DNA from: Mobula hypostoma
Lineage: Eukaryota
DNA length: 64,000 bases
Assembly (NCBI RefSeq): GCF_963921235.1
Contig: NC_086097.1
Location: forward strand, 110,672,001 to 110,736,000
Reading direction: 5' to 3'
Shown here: positions 22,563 through 35,935 of the stretch, one piece after another
How positions within the stretch are numbered: position 1 is the first letter of the stretch
How the letters are laid out: every line of letters begins with the position of its first letter
Notes under the pieces: model-generated
Told to the model about the DNA's origin: nothing
The model's input: only the letters and a program-made list of their open reading frames with translations
The model's database searches: none
Made by a program: the position numbers and the translations under genes

Positions 22563-25500
22563 ATGGAGTCTATTATTAATTTTGTCTCCTGGAATACTAA
22601 TGGTCTTAATTATCCTATTAAAAGGAAAAAAGTTTTTAAAGTGTTCCGGAGACTTAAAGCACAAATTTTATTTTTACAAGAGACCCATGTGCGGAGGGGG
22701 GACAGACTACGTTTTTTTAAATTCTGGAAGGAACTACAGTTTCATTCGAACTCCAACGCTAAGATTCGAGGCGTCTCTATTTTTATAGACTCCTCAGTTA
22801 CTTTTATACAACATGATATTATTTCTGATCAGAATGGTAGATTTCTACTGGTTAGTGGTCTACTATTTAATAAAAAGGTAGTTTTGGTTAATGTTTATGC
22901 TCCTAATATGGACTGTCCGGAATTTTATAAATCATTATTCAATCAGTTCCCGAATTTGAATGAGTTTTCATTGATCTGGGGCGGAGATCTTAATACCTGT
23001 TTATCTCCAGCTTTGGACCGTTCGGCTCCTCTACGGACCTTACCTAATAAATCTGCAACTTTGATTAATTCATTCCTCTCTGATTCTGGGTCGACCGACA
23101 TTTGGCATTTTTTGCATCCTCAGGAAAAAGATTTTTCTTTTTTTTCACATGTTCACCATTCCTATTCAAGAATTGATTATTTCTTTATTGACTCTCGTCT
23201 TATTTCTTCAGTGATTAAATGTGATTATGACTCTATAACCATTTCGGATCATGCTCCACTTAAGCTTTCTATTAAAATTCAGGCCAATACACAAAATAAT
23301 AGACAATGGTGTTTTAATTCACTGTTGCTTCAGGACTCGGACTTTGTTAACTTTATGAATGAACAGATTGATCTTTTTTTCACAATCAACTATACAGAGG
23401 ATATTTCTGTGAACATTCTTTGGAATACTTTTAAAGCTTATATTCGTGGTCAGATTATCTCGTATTCTGCTGCTTTGAGGAAGAAGCTGAAGCAGGAGGA
23501 GTTGGTAATTGTGGACAAGATTAAGGAAATTGATAAGAAATATGTTACAGCTCCCTCTGAGGAGTTATATAAACAAAGAACTGAACTTCAAATGGAACAC
23601 AGTTTATTACTTTCGTCCTCGATTGTAAACCAATTAAAGAATACAAGAAGTGAATTTCATGTACATAGTGACAAAATTGGCAAACTGCTGGCTAACCAAT
23701 TGAAGTCTAATTATGCTAAATCTCAAATTAATCAGATTTATAATCAAAATGATCGACTGATACTTGATCATGCGGGGATTAATCAAACCTTCTGTGATTT
23801 TTATTCTTCCTTATACCAATCAGAGTCTCCTCGAGACTCTGAATATATGAATGATTTTTTAGATAACCTAGACTTCCCTGAGATTTCACAGGATATGTCT
23901 TCTATGTTAGATACTCCCATTACCACTGATGAGATTAAGAATGTTATTTCCTCTATGAATTTGGGGGAAGCTCCTGGCCCTGATGGGTTTACCGTAGAAT
24001 TTTATAAATGTTTTGCACCTTCATTAATCCCTTGATTCTGTAGGGTTTTCGAGGCTTCATTAAAACTTGGTATACTTCCCGAATCCTTCAATAGAGCGTC
24101 AATCTTTCTAATATCAAAGAAGGATAAAGATCCTGCTCAATGTGCATCTTATAGACCAATATCTTTATTAAATGTTGATTCTAAAGTTTTTTCTAAGTTA
24201 TTAGCAAACAGATTAGAAAAAGTACTTCCTTTTATTATTTCGGAAGACCAAACGGGTTTTATTAAAGGTCATTACTCTTTTTATAACATTCGCACACTGT
24301 TAAATATTGTTTATACCCCCTCACAAAATGTTCCTGAGTGTGTTATCTCTTTAGATGCTGAGAAAGCTTTTGATAGAGTAGAATGGCCTTACTTATTTAA
24401 GGTGCTTGAAATGTTTAATTTTAGCTCGAAATTTATATCCTGGATCAAACTGTTATATCATTCTCCTGTGGCCTCGGTCCGTACTAACTCTCTAAGCTCA
24501 CCTTTTTTCCCTCTTTTTCGAGGCACTCGACAAGGTTGTTCTCTTAGTCCTTTATTATTTGATATTGCACTAGAACCTCTTGCAATTGCCATTCGAGAAT
24601 CTCCAAATATTACTGGGATAACTCGGGGCTTAAAGTCCCATAAAATATCACTCTATGTTGATGACTTACTTTTATATATTTCTAATCCTCAAAAATCCAT
24701 CCCTGCTGTTTTAGAGTTATTAGCACAATTTAGTCTCTTTTCAGGTTATAAATTAAATCTTAGTAAGAGTGAACTTTTCCCGATTAATAAACAACTTCCC
24801 TTATATCATAACTTGCCATTTAAATTGATTAATAATTATTTTTCATATCTTGGGATTAAAATTACTTGTAAATACAAAGATTTATTTAAGATTAACTTTT
24901 TACCCTTAATTGACCATATTACTCAACTTTCATCTAAATGGTTTCCTTTATATTTAACTTTGATTGGTCGTATTAATGCAGTTAAAATGTTTTTTTTTGC
25001 CAAAATTTTTATATATATTTCAGGCATTACCAATCTTTGTTCCAAAATCTTTTTTTGATAAAGTTGACTCAAAAACTTCTTCATTTATTTGGCAAAATAA
25101 AAACCCGAGACTGGGTAAAATACATTTACAGAAAGCTAAGAGAGATGGAGGTTTAGCATTACCTAACTTTAGATTTTATTATTGGGCAATTAATATTCGA
25201 TATATGAAATTTTGGTTACTTGACCAGGATATACTATCCATTCCTAAATGGGTAGCATTGGAATTACAATCTGTTCAGGGCTATACACTTGGCTCTATTT
25301 TAGGCTCCTCTCTTCCTTTTGATTTGAAACACCTCAAACAGGTATCTAACCCGATAGTTAAATATACCTTACGTATTTGGTTTCAATTCAGAAAATTTTT
25401 TGATCTTAACCAATTTGGGCTAGCGATTCCTATTTTAGGTAACATATTTTTTCCTCCCTCTTTTACGGATCATGCTTTTCAAATTTGGAAGACTAAGGGT

Positions 25501-26338
25501 ATTTCACGGATTTTGGATTTATTTTTAGATGGTTCCCTTATGTCTTTTGAACAATTATCTAATAAATATAATTTATCAAGAATACATTTTTTTAGATATC
25601 TACAAGTTAGAAATTTCCTAAGTACTATACTTTCTTCTTTTCCAATGCTTCCTCCTACATACATTTTAGATACTATAACTAACTTTAATCCATGTCAGAA
25701 AGGTGCATCGGCTATGATTTATAATATTATTATGAAACTTAGGAAAGCTCCATTTGATAAGATTAGAGTAGATTGGGAACAGGAATTGGGGTCTATCATT
25801 TTCGTGGATGACTGGGGGCAGATTTTACAATTAGTCAATACTTCCTCTATTTGTGCTAAACATTCCCTAATTCAATTTAAAGTTGTTCATAGAGCACATA
25901 TGTCCAAAGATAAATTAGCTCGCTTTTATTCTCATATTAATCCTTTTTGTGATAGATGTCCGGGGCAGATAGCCCCTTTAACTCATATGTTTTGGTCTTG
26001 TCCTACTCTGGAAACTTTTTGGAGAGACATTTTTAATATTATCTCCAAGGTATTGAATATAGATATCTCTCCTCACCCTATTACTGCTATCTTTGGACTA
26101 CCTAAAATTTCCAGTAATCTTTCCCCTTCAGCCTGTAGAATGATTGCTTTTCTTACTTTAATGGCTAAAAGATGTATCTTACAACATTGGAACAACTAAT
26201 GCTCCAACTACCTTTTTTTGGTTGTCTCAGACGATATTATGCTTGAATTTGGAGAAAATTAGAAGCAATCTTTATGATTCCTCACTTAAATTTGAACAGA
26301 CCTGGAGATCTTTTATTCAATATTTTCATTTAATGTAA
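22563..26338 (+). pseudogene. L1 ORF2p (APE endonuclease, RT, CCHC), disrupted
   Basis: SWNTNGLN, FLQETH, GGDLN, SRIDY, SDHAP, RGTRQGCSLSP, YVDD, CDRC..THMFWSC. In-frame TGA at 24033-24035 and frameshifts near 24995 and 26195. Confidence 0.93.
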
Positions 26339-26814
26339 TTATTTTTCTCCTCTTTTTTTGCTCCATATTTATATACCCTTCTTGTTTTTTTTACTGTTTT
26401 TAATGGAGGTCGGGATTGAGGACGTGATTTTAAGTTTTTTAACTCTGCTTGGTTCCAAGTTAGCCCATTGCTTTGCTTTGCTTTTAGTTAGTTGCACGGT
26501 GGGTTTTTTTTTGGGGTTTTTTTTTTCCTTTTCTCTATTGATATATATATATATATAAAAATTAGTATACTATTATGTTACCTTAGTATGTTATGTTTAA
26601 ATTACATTGTTTGTATCTTTTTTTTGAATTAATATCTCCTGTAATTTTATTATATTCTAACAGTGTATTAGTGCCTTTATGGCTTACCTTTTTGTATACT
26701 TATTCAATAAAAAGATTTCAAAAGAAAGAACAAACTTGCTATCTGCCTGAAACGTCAACTATACCTTTTTCCAAGCCACTGCCGGGCCTGCTGAGTTCCT
26801 CCAGCACTTTGTGC

Positions 26815-27575
26815 AATATTGGAGCTTACCTTCATATTTCAATCTTTCTCTCTTCATGGCTTCTTTTAGTTGCCTTCTGTTGGTTTTTCAAAGCTTCCCA
26901 ATCCTCAACCTACCCACTAAATTTTGTTCTATTGTATGCCCTCCCTTTTCATTTATGCTGTCTTTGACTTCCCTTGTCAGCCATGATTGCCTCATCCTCC
27001 CTTTAGAATACTTCTTCATCTTTGGGGTGTATCTTTCCTGCACCTTCCAAATTACCCTGAGAAACACTAACCATTGATGTTCTGCCACCATTTCTGCTAG
27101 AGTCCCATTACAATCAACTTTGGCCAGCTCCCCTCTCATGCCCCTGTAATTCCCCTTACTCCACTGTAATACTGATACATCTGACTTCAGCTTCTTCTCA
27201 AATTGCAGGGTGAAGTCTATCATATTATGATCACTGCCTGCTATGTGTTCCCTTGTCTTAATCTCCCTAATCAAATCAGGTTCATTACAAAACACCCAAT
27301 GAGAATTGCATTTCTCCTAGTGGGCTCAACCACAGGCTGCTCCAAAAAGCCATCACATAGGCATTCTACAAAATTCTCTTTCTTGGGATCCAGCAACAAT
27401 CTGATTTTCCCCAATGTACCTGCATATTGAAATCCCCCATCACTGTCATAATATTGCTTTTTTCACATGCCTCTTCTATCTCCCATTATAATTTGTATCC
27501 CACAGCCTAGCTACTATTTGGAGGGCTGTATATATCTCTCATAAGGGTCCTTTTACCCTTGCAGTTCCTTAACTC
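26815..27575 (-). mobile_element. CR1 endonuclease-region fragment
   Basis: ORF 26888..27295 (GSDHNMIDF...KGNYRGMR). Confidence 0.85.
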
Positions 27576-27994
27576 TGACAAACTTAAAAAGACCACCCCT
27601 GCCAAGAACAAAGCAACCCAATTGACTGGCATCCATCAACTACACAACATACCAGTGCATTGAGGCTGCAGTATATACAATCTACAAAAAAAATCTACCA
27701 ATCATTTAGGCTACTCCAATGGTATATTAAATATATGACCTCTACCTCCAATGACTAGAGTAACAGATGTTTGGGAAAATAAATTCTTGTGGGCTTCACT
27801 CTGAATCATCCACTTTCCTGATTATAAATACATTGCAGGTCCTCAGAAACCAGGTGAACACTGCAACTCTCCACTGTGAGGGTACTCCACTCTGGATGCA
27901 CCTTCACCTGGAAGGCTGGAGTAGTTCAAGAAGGCAATTAGAGATAATAAACAGTAAAGGTAGGACATACCAGTGAAGCATAGATCCTGAAAAA

Positions 27995-28435
27995 TTAATA
28001 GAAAAATCCAACCTGATGGCATGAATATTGATTTCTCCTTCAGTAAAAATTTTTCCCTCCCCCTCCCCTCTTCTTCTATTCCCTTGTCTGGCCATTTACC
28101 TCTTCTCACCTGCCTCTCACTTCCTCCTGGGTCCCCTCCTCCTTCCATTTCTCCTATGGTTCAGATCCCCTCTCCTATCAGATCCCTTCTTCTCCAACCC
28201 CTTACCTTTCCTATCCACTTGCCTTCACCTATCACCTTCTAACTAGCCTCCTTCCCTCGCCCCACTTTTTATTCTGGTGCCAACTCCCTTCCATTTCAAT
28301 CCTGAAGAAGGATCTCAGCCCAAACTGTCAATTGCTTATTCATTCCATAGATGCTGCCTGACCTGCTGAGTTCTACCAGTATTTTGTGAGTGTTCCTTTG
28401 GGTTTCCAACTTCTGCAGACTTCCTCGTGTCTGAC
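27995..28435 (+). mobile_element. Penelope-like element 3' portion with decayed hammerhead motif
   Basis: QPDGMNIDFS end of the GIY-YIG ORF, a pyrimidine tract, and CCTGAAGAAGGATCTCAGCCCAAAC at about 28300. Confidence 0.75.
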
Positions 28436-28879
28436 TATGCACAGTTAAAATAAAACATGTTTGTTGGTGGTGGTCATGGGAAGTGCTTTGGATTTTAAAT
28501 CTGCCCCCTCCATAAACTGTCATGCACCACTAACGCATAGGGGGTGCTCTGCAGACTTCTGGAAATCCAACTGGTTACTAAACGTAGGTGGTCTATTTGG
28601 TAAGTTTGCTGACAATATGAACCTCAGTGGAAATTTGGATGGTGAAGAAGATTATCTAACGATATGAAGGAATATATATCAGCTGTTAAGTTGGACAGAG
28701 CAGTGGAATATGGAACTTCATCCGGACAAATGAGAGACAATGCATTTTGGATCATCGTTAATATAGGCAGGACATATCCAGTAAGTGGCAAGGATCCCAG
28801 GAGAGTTGTTGTTGAGAGACTGTACTTCTTAATTCCCTGAAAATGATGACACAGGTGGATCAGGTAGTGAAAATGGCAT

Positions 28880-29497
28880 TTTCATCCTGATCAAAAAGGC
28901 ACAACAGCACCTTTATTTCCTGTGGAGCATCAAGAAAGTTCACCTCTGTCCCAGAATACTGACGGACTTTTCCCGCTGTACCATTGAGAGCATACTCACC
29001 AACTGCACCTCAGTGTGGTATGGCAATTGTCCCGTATCGGACCACAAAGCACTCCAGCGGGTGGTGAAAACTGGCCAGCGGATTATCGGCACCCAATTGC
29101 CCACCATTGAGAACATCTACCATAAACACTACCTGGGCAGGGTGAAAAGCATTATCAAGGATGCATCTCACCCTAACCATGGATTTTTTAACCCTCCTCC
29201 CATCCGGTAGGCGCTACAGGAGCCTCTGCTCCCGCACCAGCAGGCTCAGGAAGAGCTTCTTCCCTGAGGCTGTGACCCTGCTGAACCTCACATCACAGCG
29301 CCAAGCAGTTTTGCACCCATATTTTACCATCTCAGTACTTTTATATTTGTGTGCTCTAGCACTTACTTTTTATTCGCAGTAATTTTGTAAATAATACTAT
29401 CCTTTTGCACTTCTGGTCAGATGCTAATTGCATTTCATTGGTTTTGTATCTGTACTCGGCACAATGACAATAAATTTGAATCTAATCTAATCTAATC
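28880..29497 (+). mobile_element. Rex1/Babar-type LINE 3' part with (TCTAA)n tail, inserted in a CR1 fragment (about 28575-29600)
   Basis: KKAQQHLYFL, RCTIESILT; ORFs 29013..29210 and 29161..29382. Confidence 0.85.
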
Positions 29498-29666
29498 TAA
29501 TTTGGTATGCTTGCCTTGTTAAACCAAGGTGTGAGTCTAAATGTTGGTATATCACACTGTAAACCATACAAAACATTGGTTGTGCTGCATGTATTAGTGG
29601 GCATCTCCATTACACTATATGAGGCTTTTGAAGCTGTGGTGCATTTAAAACTGTTATCCTCTAGAT

Positions 29667-29746
29667 TAGGGGTTCCCAACATGGGGTCAACAGACCCCTT
29701 GCTTAATGGTATTGGTCCATGGCATAAAAAAGGTTGGGAAGCACTG
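29667..29746. mobile_element. 80-bp hAT (Charlie-type) MITE
   Basis: TIRs TAGGGGTTCCCAAC / GTTGGGAAGCACTG; degenerate 8-bp TSD CTCTAGAT / CCCTAGAG. Confidence 0.7.
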
Positions 29747-32734
29747 CCCTAGAGATTATGTATGCCAAAATCTAGAGCTGAGGTTTGACCCGAAAAGGGC
29801 AAATTCAGGTTAACATTGTCCATTAATTTACATTATTCCTTAAAGCCAAGAGAACAGGATTGAAAATTATTATTCAGGGCAGTATTCATTCCAAACTTCG
29901 ACCATTTATCGTACAAAATCACGATTTCACAATTCATGCTAACAACATACATTGTAAAATTGATCCTTAAAATTCAATTCATTAAGACCATGCCAATAAC
30001 AAAGAACTGAAATATAGCTTTACACATTTTTCTTCAAACAAATCGAAATCTATTACAAATGATGTGCAATCCATTTAAATCTAAAGTATTCCTGTCACTT
30101 TGCAATGAAGTAATGACGCAGTTGGAAACATGTCATCTGTTTCCTAGTAACGTTCGAAGAGACCTCCTCCCAATCTCCCAGGCTTTGCGACTTTTAAACA
30201 GCACAGCACAACTCTAAAGTTATAAGCATTGCATGAGAAAATGAGCTGTCCTTTCTTCCCATGAACCAGACCAGTAACATCCTGCCCTTATGAGAATATT
30301 AAGTGGTATCTGTCAGGTTATGAACCCTCTGTATTTGATCACACTTCAAACTGCATGCTTAAAACTTCACACAGTTCAGAGGTGTTGGATTGAGAGCACA
30401 AAAAAAGCAAACAACTGCACTTCAAGTTTAATCTGTCCTTTATGTGGATTCTACCTTTCTGTGACATTTTGTACTTTGTACAATTTGAACTTTAGAAAGC
30501 ATTTAGAACAAAATCATTAGTATTAACTTTTGATACCTTGGTTGATTTTACATTTGAAAGAAAACTAATGTTAATAACTGAAACATTAGCACTTCTGCCC
30601 TTCCCAGAAATGCTCTGGAGCATTTCCAACTTTTCATTTGTTTACTGATTCACAGCATCTGCAGTTACTGTGATTTTCGCTGATTCTGAAAGGTTGACCA
30701 GATGACACAAAGCTTTCAGAGTGCTCTTGCATGACAGCACAAAGGGGAAAAAAATAATGAATATGCTGGAACTGAGATAATAGCTGCTAGAAATCGGGGG
30801 GGGGGGGGGGGGTTGGGAAATAACAATGATACACCTAGCAGATAAAAGCAGTGGACTGCTGTGATAAAAGGAAAGTCCAGTGGAAATGCAACAGGGAACC
30901 AGGGAGGTGTGAAGTCAACAGTCATTTCAGAGTCTTGCGAGAGCATAGGAAAACACAACTAGTGGTAGAATTACATTGTAGTTGGTGGAAGTCATGAAGG
31001 ACTACTTGGAGGCTGATGAGGACGAGAACAATATCTTTGCTGGATACTAGAGAACTTGAAAAAGTCCTATTACTACTCCCATTATCCACTAAGATGGAGA
31101 CAGAGGAGAGTCACTTATAGACCATATGAAAGCAAGGGCTGGGTGGAAACTCCAGGAAAGTGTTGAAATTGACATGTTCTCTACAAGCAGCAGCATCAAT
31201 TCAGTACAATAAATACAGATTGTAAAGCTGGTCTGGATTCTCCACTTCTTCACCCTACCCATCCACCACCCTAGTAGGAATTTTTACTGGTAGTAGCAAT
31301 GGAGGCTTCCATGTGCTCATGCCCCAAATGGGAAATTAGGCACCTATCCATCTCAGTCCAGTTGCTGTTACACGTTGATAGAGAGCTCAAGCCCAAACCC
31401 CAATCTGATTTGCTTTCACCATTAATTGCAGAGGATTCTGGGAGAAGGTTGATGGACATTATTGGCTGCCCGTATATAATTCTCTAAGATGCAGTTTGAA
31501 GGTAGTAGCCTCCTCCTTATCCATTAATAAAAGTAAATTTATTCCCTGAAAACTTCTTCACAACACCATCACTACAAAGTCACAAACTTTCTCTTGATGA
31601 CATAGAACTAACACAAATCAGGACTCTCTAACTCATTAGACACAAGGTAAAAGTTCAAGTTAGCAACGATGACGATGGAAATCCATTATAATTTAGCTCA
31701 TTTTCAAAATAGATGTCAGTGTCCTGTTCTCACCAGTTTATGAGATCAGCAGAATTTACTATATTTCTACATTAACACCAGGGTGAATTTCAGTAGACTA
31801 ACCTAAAACATCATTGAGAAACATCAAACTAGGTCCTTATCACAATTCTGGCTGTCTTAACCCTCAGAAACTCTGAATGACCTTGTCAGGTCTGGACACC
31901 CAATTTTCTTATCTCCACCCACATCTCCTATTCATGATTAATTTTGAATATTGTGGCTCATTCACTATTGAATTCAATCTCTTAAATGTAAAAAATAATG
32001 ATTGCAATATCTTCTTAAATACAACCAGAAATCATTCGAAAATTGGCTCCAATCTGCTATTGTCACAGCGCTGTACAGCATAGAAAAAGACCATTCTGCC
32101 CATCGCATCCATGCTGACATTTTTGTATATAACCAGCACGTTTCAAATTTGAAATATACAGTAAACTGGAAAAACTCAGCATGTCAAGCAGCTGCCATTC
32201 ACTCCATTTCTTCGCCCCCTCAACCTGCTCAATATTTCATGATATTCTGATTCTTCATATTGCAAATATATAGCACTCAAAGGTTTTTTTTCTCTTTTTG
32301 CTTTTCCATGTGTACTCAGTATTCTGAAGGTAAGGACTGTGTAATAAATGAAAGGCCCCTTCATAAACCTTAATAACATAAAACCTGATCAACTACTCCT
32401 GCAGGAAGCAGCTTAAACTTGGCAAAGGGCAGAAATAGGAGTTGCTTTAATTTTTTAGGAAACCCAGTATATATGGACTGGTGGTCATTTCCATATTTCC
32501 ATAACTGTTAGCATTCCAAGATTTATTCTAGATTCCTCCAGAATGTTTGTATGAGCTCTTGTCACAATAATATTGAAGTCGTAGACTCGCCTCTTGAAAC
32601 ATCTTGCAAACAATATAATTGGTTCCAGATTTTTCTGGCCAATAGCCAAGTGCTGTCAATTATAATGATTAACAATCACCTTGTGTCCTATCACATTTAA
32701 TTAGAGGCAATTTTGAAAACTAAAATTAACACTT

Positions 32735-33110
32735 CAAAGATTCAAAGTACATTTATTATCAAAGTATGTATGTAACATACAATGCTGAGATTCGTCTTCC
32801 CCACAAACAGCGAAGAAACAAAGAAGAACCATGGAACCCACTCAAAGAAGAAGAAAAAAATAATCGACCCCCAGCCCTCCCCCACATGCTCCAAAAAAAT
32901 CACGCAAATGGCAGCAAAAAAATTGAGCAAAAACACAGGATATAAAACACAAATTTAAAACGCACATTTTAGTTCAGCTCAGTGTTCATTATCTGCAGGC
33001 CATCCCAATTCAAAAATCACCCAAACTAGCAACAAAAAAAGAGACCAGAAACTACAACACACCATAAATGTGAATTAGTGTCCACAACCACAAACTGTGT
33101 CAACTAAACC
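32735..33110 (-). mobile_element. Non-autonomous retroelement 3' portion (same family as 47885-48250)
   Basis: Shared TTCAAAG..TACATTTATTATCAAAGTA end and shared internal segments. Confidence 0.55.
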
Positions 33111-34835
33111 TTAAATACAATTGACAAAAATAACTGATAACGTATTTAATTAAGAAACACTGTTTTATATTGTTCTCTTCATAACTTGATTTCTTAAATA
33201 TCAAAATGTGAAAGTGTGTAATGCCAAATGGGGAAAATAAATACCATCATCATCAAGGCTTGAAATGCAAGAATGGATGACCACAGTCTAACAGTCTAAT
33301 ATATAAGCCTCCTCCAAAAGGCACATTTTATGTAATGTGTGACCTAACTATTCGCAGTGGTGTAGCTGAAGTCTGCCAAGGTGAATGCAGCCATTGTAAA
33401 GCAACAGGCAAGCTCTGCCAAAAAACTCCCTTTCCTTGCCCTTGAATCATTTATCTGTATTATTCAACACTTCGAACTGTCCACAATGCCAAAGTGAATT
33501 CTTTTTTGCCAGATAGATTTGAACATCTGAAGTTTTATTTCCTGACTATTCTGCAGGCTCATTTTCAAACACTAGAGCAAATTATTTACTTTTGGGGACT
33601 GTTAAATGACTCTACTCATGACGTTCAAACTTCATACATGCACTTTACAGTAAACAGATTACGTTTCAAGTTAGTTGCTGTTGCTTTAACTGGCAAATGC
33701 AGAATCCAACTGTTAAGAGACAAGCCCCCATGCAGAAACTGAGCAAGTGACCAGTTCATCTGGTTTAGATTTTATGGACTGAGGACAGATGGTCTCCACT
33801 GTACTTCTTAAAAATATTACTGTGAAACCTTTCTATTACTGTGAAACAGTTACATCCAAGAGACAGCTCTTCCATCAGTGTAACTTTCCCTAGCTACTGT
33901 ACAGACCGGCCTGGGTGAGGTCTTCATTTCCTGGAATTTGATTCAAACCCCAATTAATTACCAGTGACATGATGCACTAACTGGGATTATGCAGTCATTA
34001 GAAATTGTAACAGAATAAAACAAGCTGAATTCAAACTTAAAGGAATGAAGTTTGAACTTGACAGGAGTTCCATTTCATTGACCTGGCCAGATTCCCCCAT
34101 TAATAGTCCAAATATACAATTCTTCATCTTATTGAACTAATACTATATTATTCTTAGCATCAAACCAAAACAACATTTTTCATCAGCTTCCACAGCTGTC
34201 TGCATTAAACATCATGTTCTCCATGTTAGGTTCTACACATTAATGGCAAACTACCAGCACAATGCCACCACTATGCCTTATCAGTTCCTCAATGTATCAC
34301 ACATGGCTTTTCCAAAATACAAAGGTAAATGGAAATGAATCCCCCTTCAATTAAGTATTTAGTCAATTTCCATGTTTTCTTCACACCTCTCTCAGTTCAT
34401 CTGCTAGTGAAATACCAAGCTGGGTCCTTGACACCAACACCTAAGACAGTTCCTTATTCGACATACCAACTTCCCACTCTTTATCCCCCATAAATTTAAA
34501 CACCCTTATCCAAATTAACAGGACCTGCTCACTCATCGCTGCCTTCAGTTTAGTGCTGTTACAGTTCTAAAATTCACATTCTTGCCTGCAAATTTCTCCA
34601 TGGTTTTATCTTTTATTTATGTAAACAACCACAGAACTCCCACAGATCTCTGCCCTTTTCACTCTAACTCTTTCCCATGACCAATTTGCATCAAACCACA
34701 ACTGACAAACCAGCCTGCAAGTGTGGGACCTGTGCAATGGTGGTGTGGAACTCTCGATAACATCCTCTACTCCTTTGTTTCCCTCATGCACTTCTTAAAA
34801 CTTAAATATCCTTTGGTCACTAGCTCATATAGCCA

Positions 34836-34960
34836 GCCTGTGGTGTAGTGGCATCTGCACTAGACTTCAAGGCAAGTGGTCCTGGGTTCAAATCCAGCCA
34901 GTTCCTTGCACGCTTACCATCCGTGCTGGGCTGAGCATCCAGTTAGCAACTTGACCTCAT
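34836..34960 (+). mobile_element. tRNA-derived SINE head
   Basis: A-box TGGTGTAGTGG and B-box GGTTCAAATCC at tRNA-like spacing; no complete cloverleaf. Confidence 0.6.
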
Positions 34961-34974
34961 TTTATTTGTCACAT

Positions 34975-35435
34975 ATACATTCTTTATACTTTATTGTCAC
35001 CAAGCAATTGATACTAGAACATACAATCATCACAGTGATATTTGATTCTGCGCTTCCCGCTCCCTGGATTACAAATATTAAATATTAAAAATATTTAAAG
35101 TAGTAAAAATTAGTAAATATTAAAAATTTAAATTATAAATCATAAATAGAAAATAGAAAAATGGAAAGTAAGGTAGTGCAAAAAATCCGAGAGGCAGATC
35201 CGGATATTTGGAGGATACAGCCCAGATCTGGGTCAGGATCCGTTCAGCAGTCTTACCACAGTTGGAAAGAAGCTGTTCCCAAATCTGGCCATACGAGTCT
35301 TCAAGCTCCTGAGCCTTCTCCCGGAGGGAAGAGGGACGAAAAGTATGTTGGCTGGTTGGGTCATGTCCTTGATTATCCTGGCAGCACTGCTCCGACAGCG
35401 TGCGGTGTAAAGTGAGTCCAAGGACAGAAGATTGG
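34975..35435 (-). mobile_element. Rex1/Babar-type LINE 3' end (third copy of the young family)
   Basis: Very similar to 12961-13410 and 1630-2080; ORF 35233..35484. Confidence 0.88.
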
Positions 35436-35639
35436 ACGAACATTGAAGCATATAGTGAAATGCATCCTTTATGTCAAATCGCACTCAGAGATCCAATTGA
35501 CAATGGCAATCATTCTTTACCAGAGGGGATAATTTCACAACTTCATTTGCCCCATCACTGAAATGTTCCCACATCCTATGGACCCACTTCAAGGACTCTT
35601 CATCTGACGCTCATGATATTTATTGCTTATTTATTATTA

Positions 35640-35935
35640 TAAGACCATAGACATAGGAGCTGAACTAGGCCATCTGGCCCATCGAGTCGGTTCCGCCATT
35701 CAATCATGGCTGATCCTTTTTTTAAAATCTCCTCCTCAACCCCAGTTCCCGGCCTTCTCCCCGTAGCCTTTGATGCCAGGTCCAATCAAGAACCTATCAA
35801 TCTCTGCCTTAAATACACCCAACGACCTGGCCTCCACAGCTGCATGTGGCAACAAATTCCACAAATTCACCAATCTTTGGCTAAAGAAATTTCTCCACAT
35901 CTCTGTTTTGAAAGGGTACCCCTCTACCCTGAGGC
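35640..35935 (-). mobile_element. CR1 3' end
   Basis: Same type of 3' UTR as the copies starting at 8815 and 37865. Confidence 0.75.

Larger units (their letters stand above)
21065..26729 (+). mobile_element. L1-clade LINE with both ends intact (about 5.7 kb) and a 16-bp TSD
   Basis: TSD ACAAACTTGCTATCTG at 21049-21064 and 26730-26745; 5' GGGGACTTCCGG; ORF1, T-rich spacer, ORF2; AATAAA and an A-rich tail at about 26706-26729. Confidence 0.95.

Noticed and set aside
34836..34910. tRNA gene
   Set aside because: A and B boxes are present, but there is no proper acceptor stem and the sequence continues into a SINE body.
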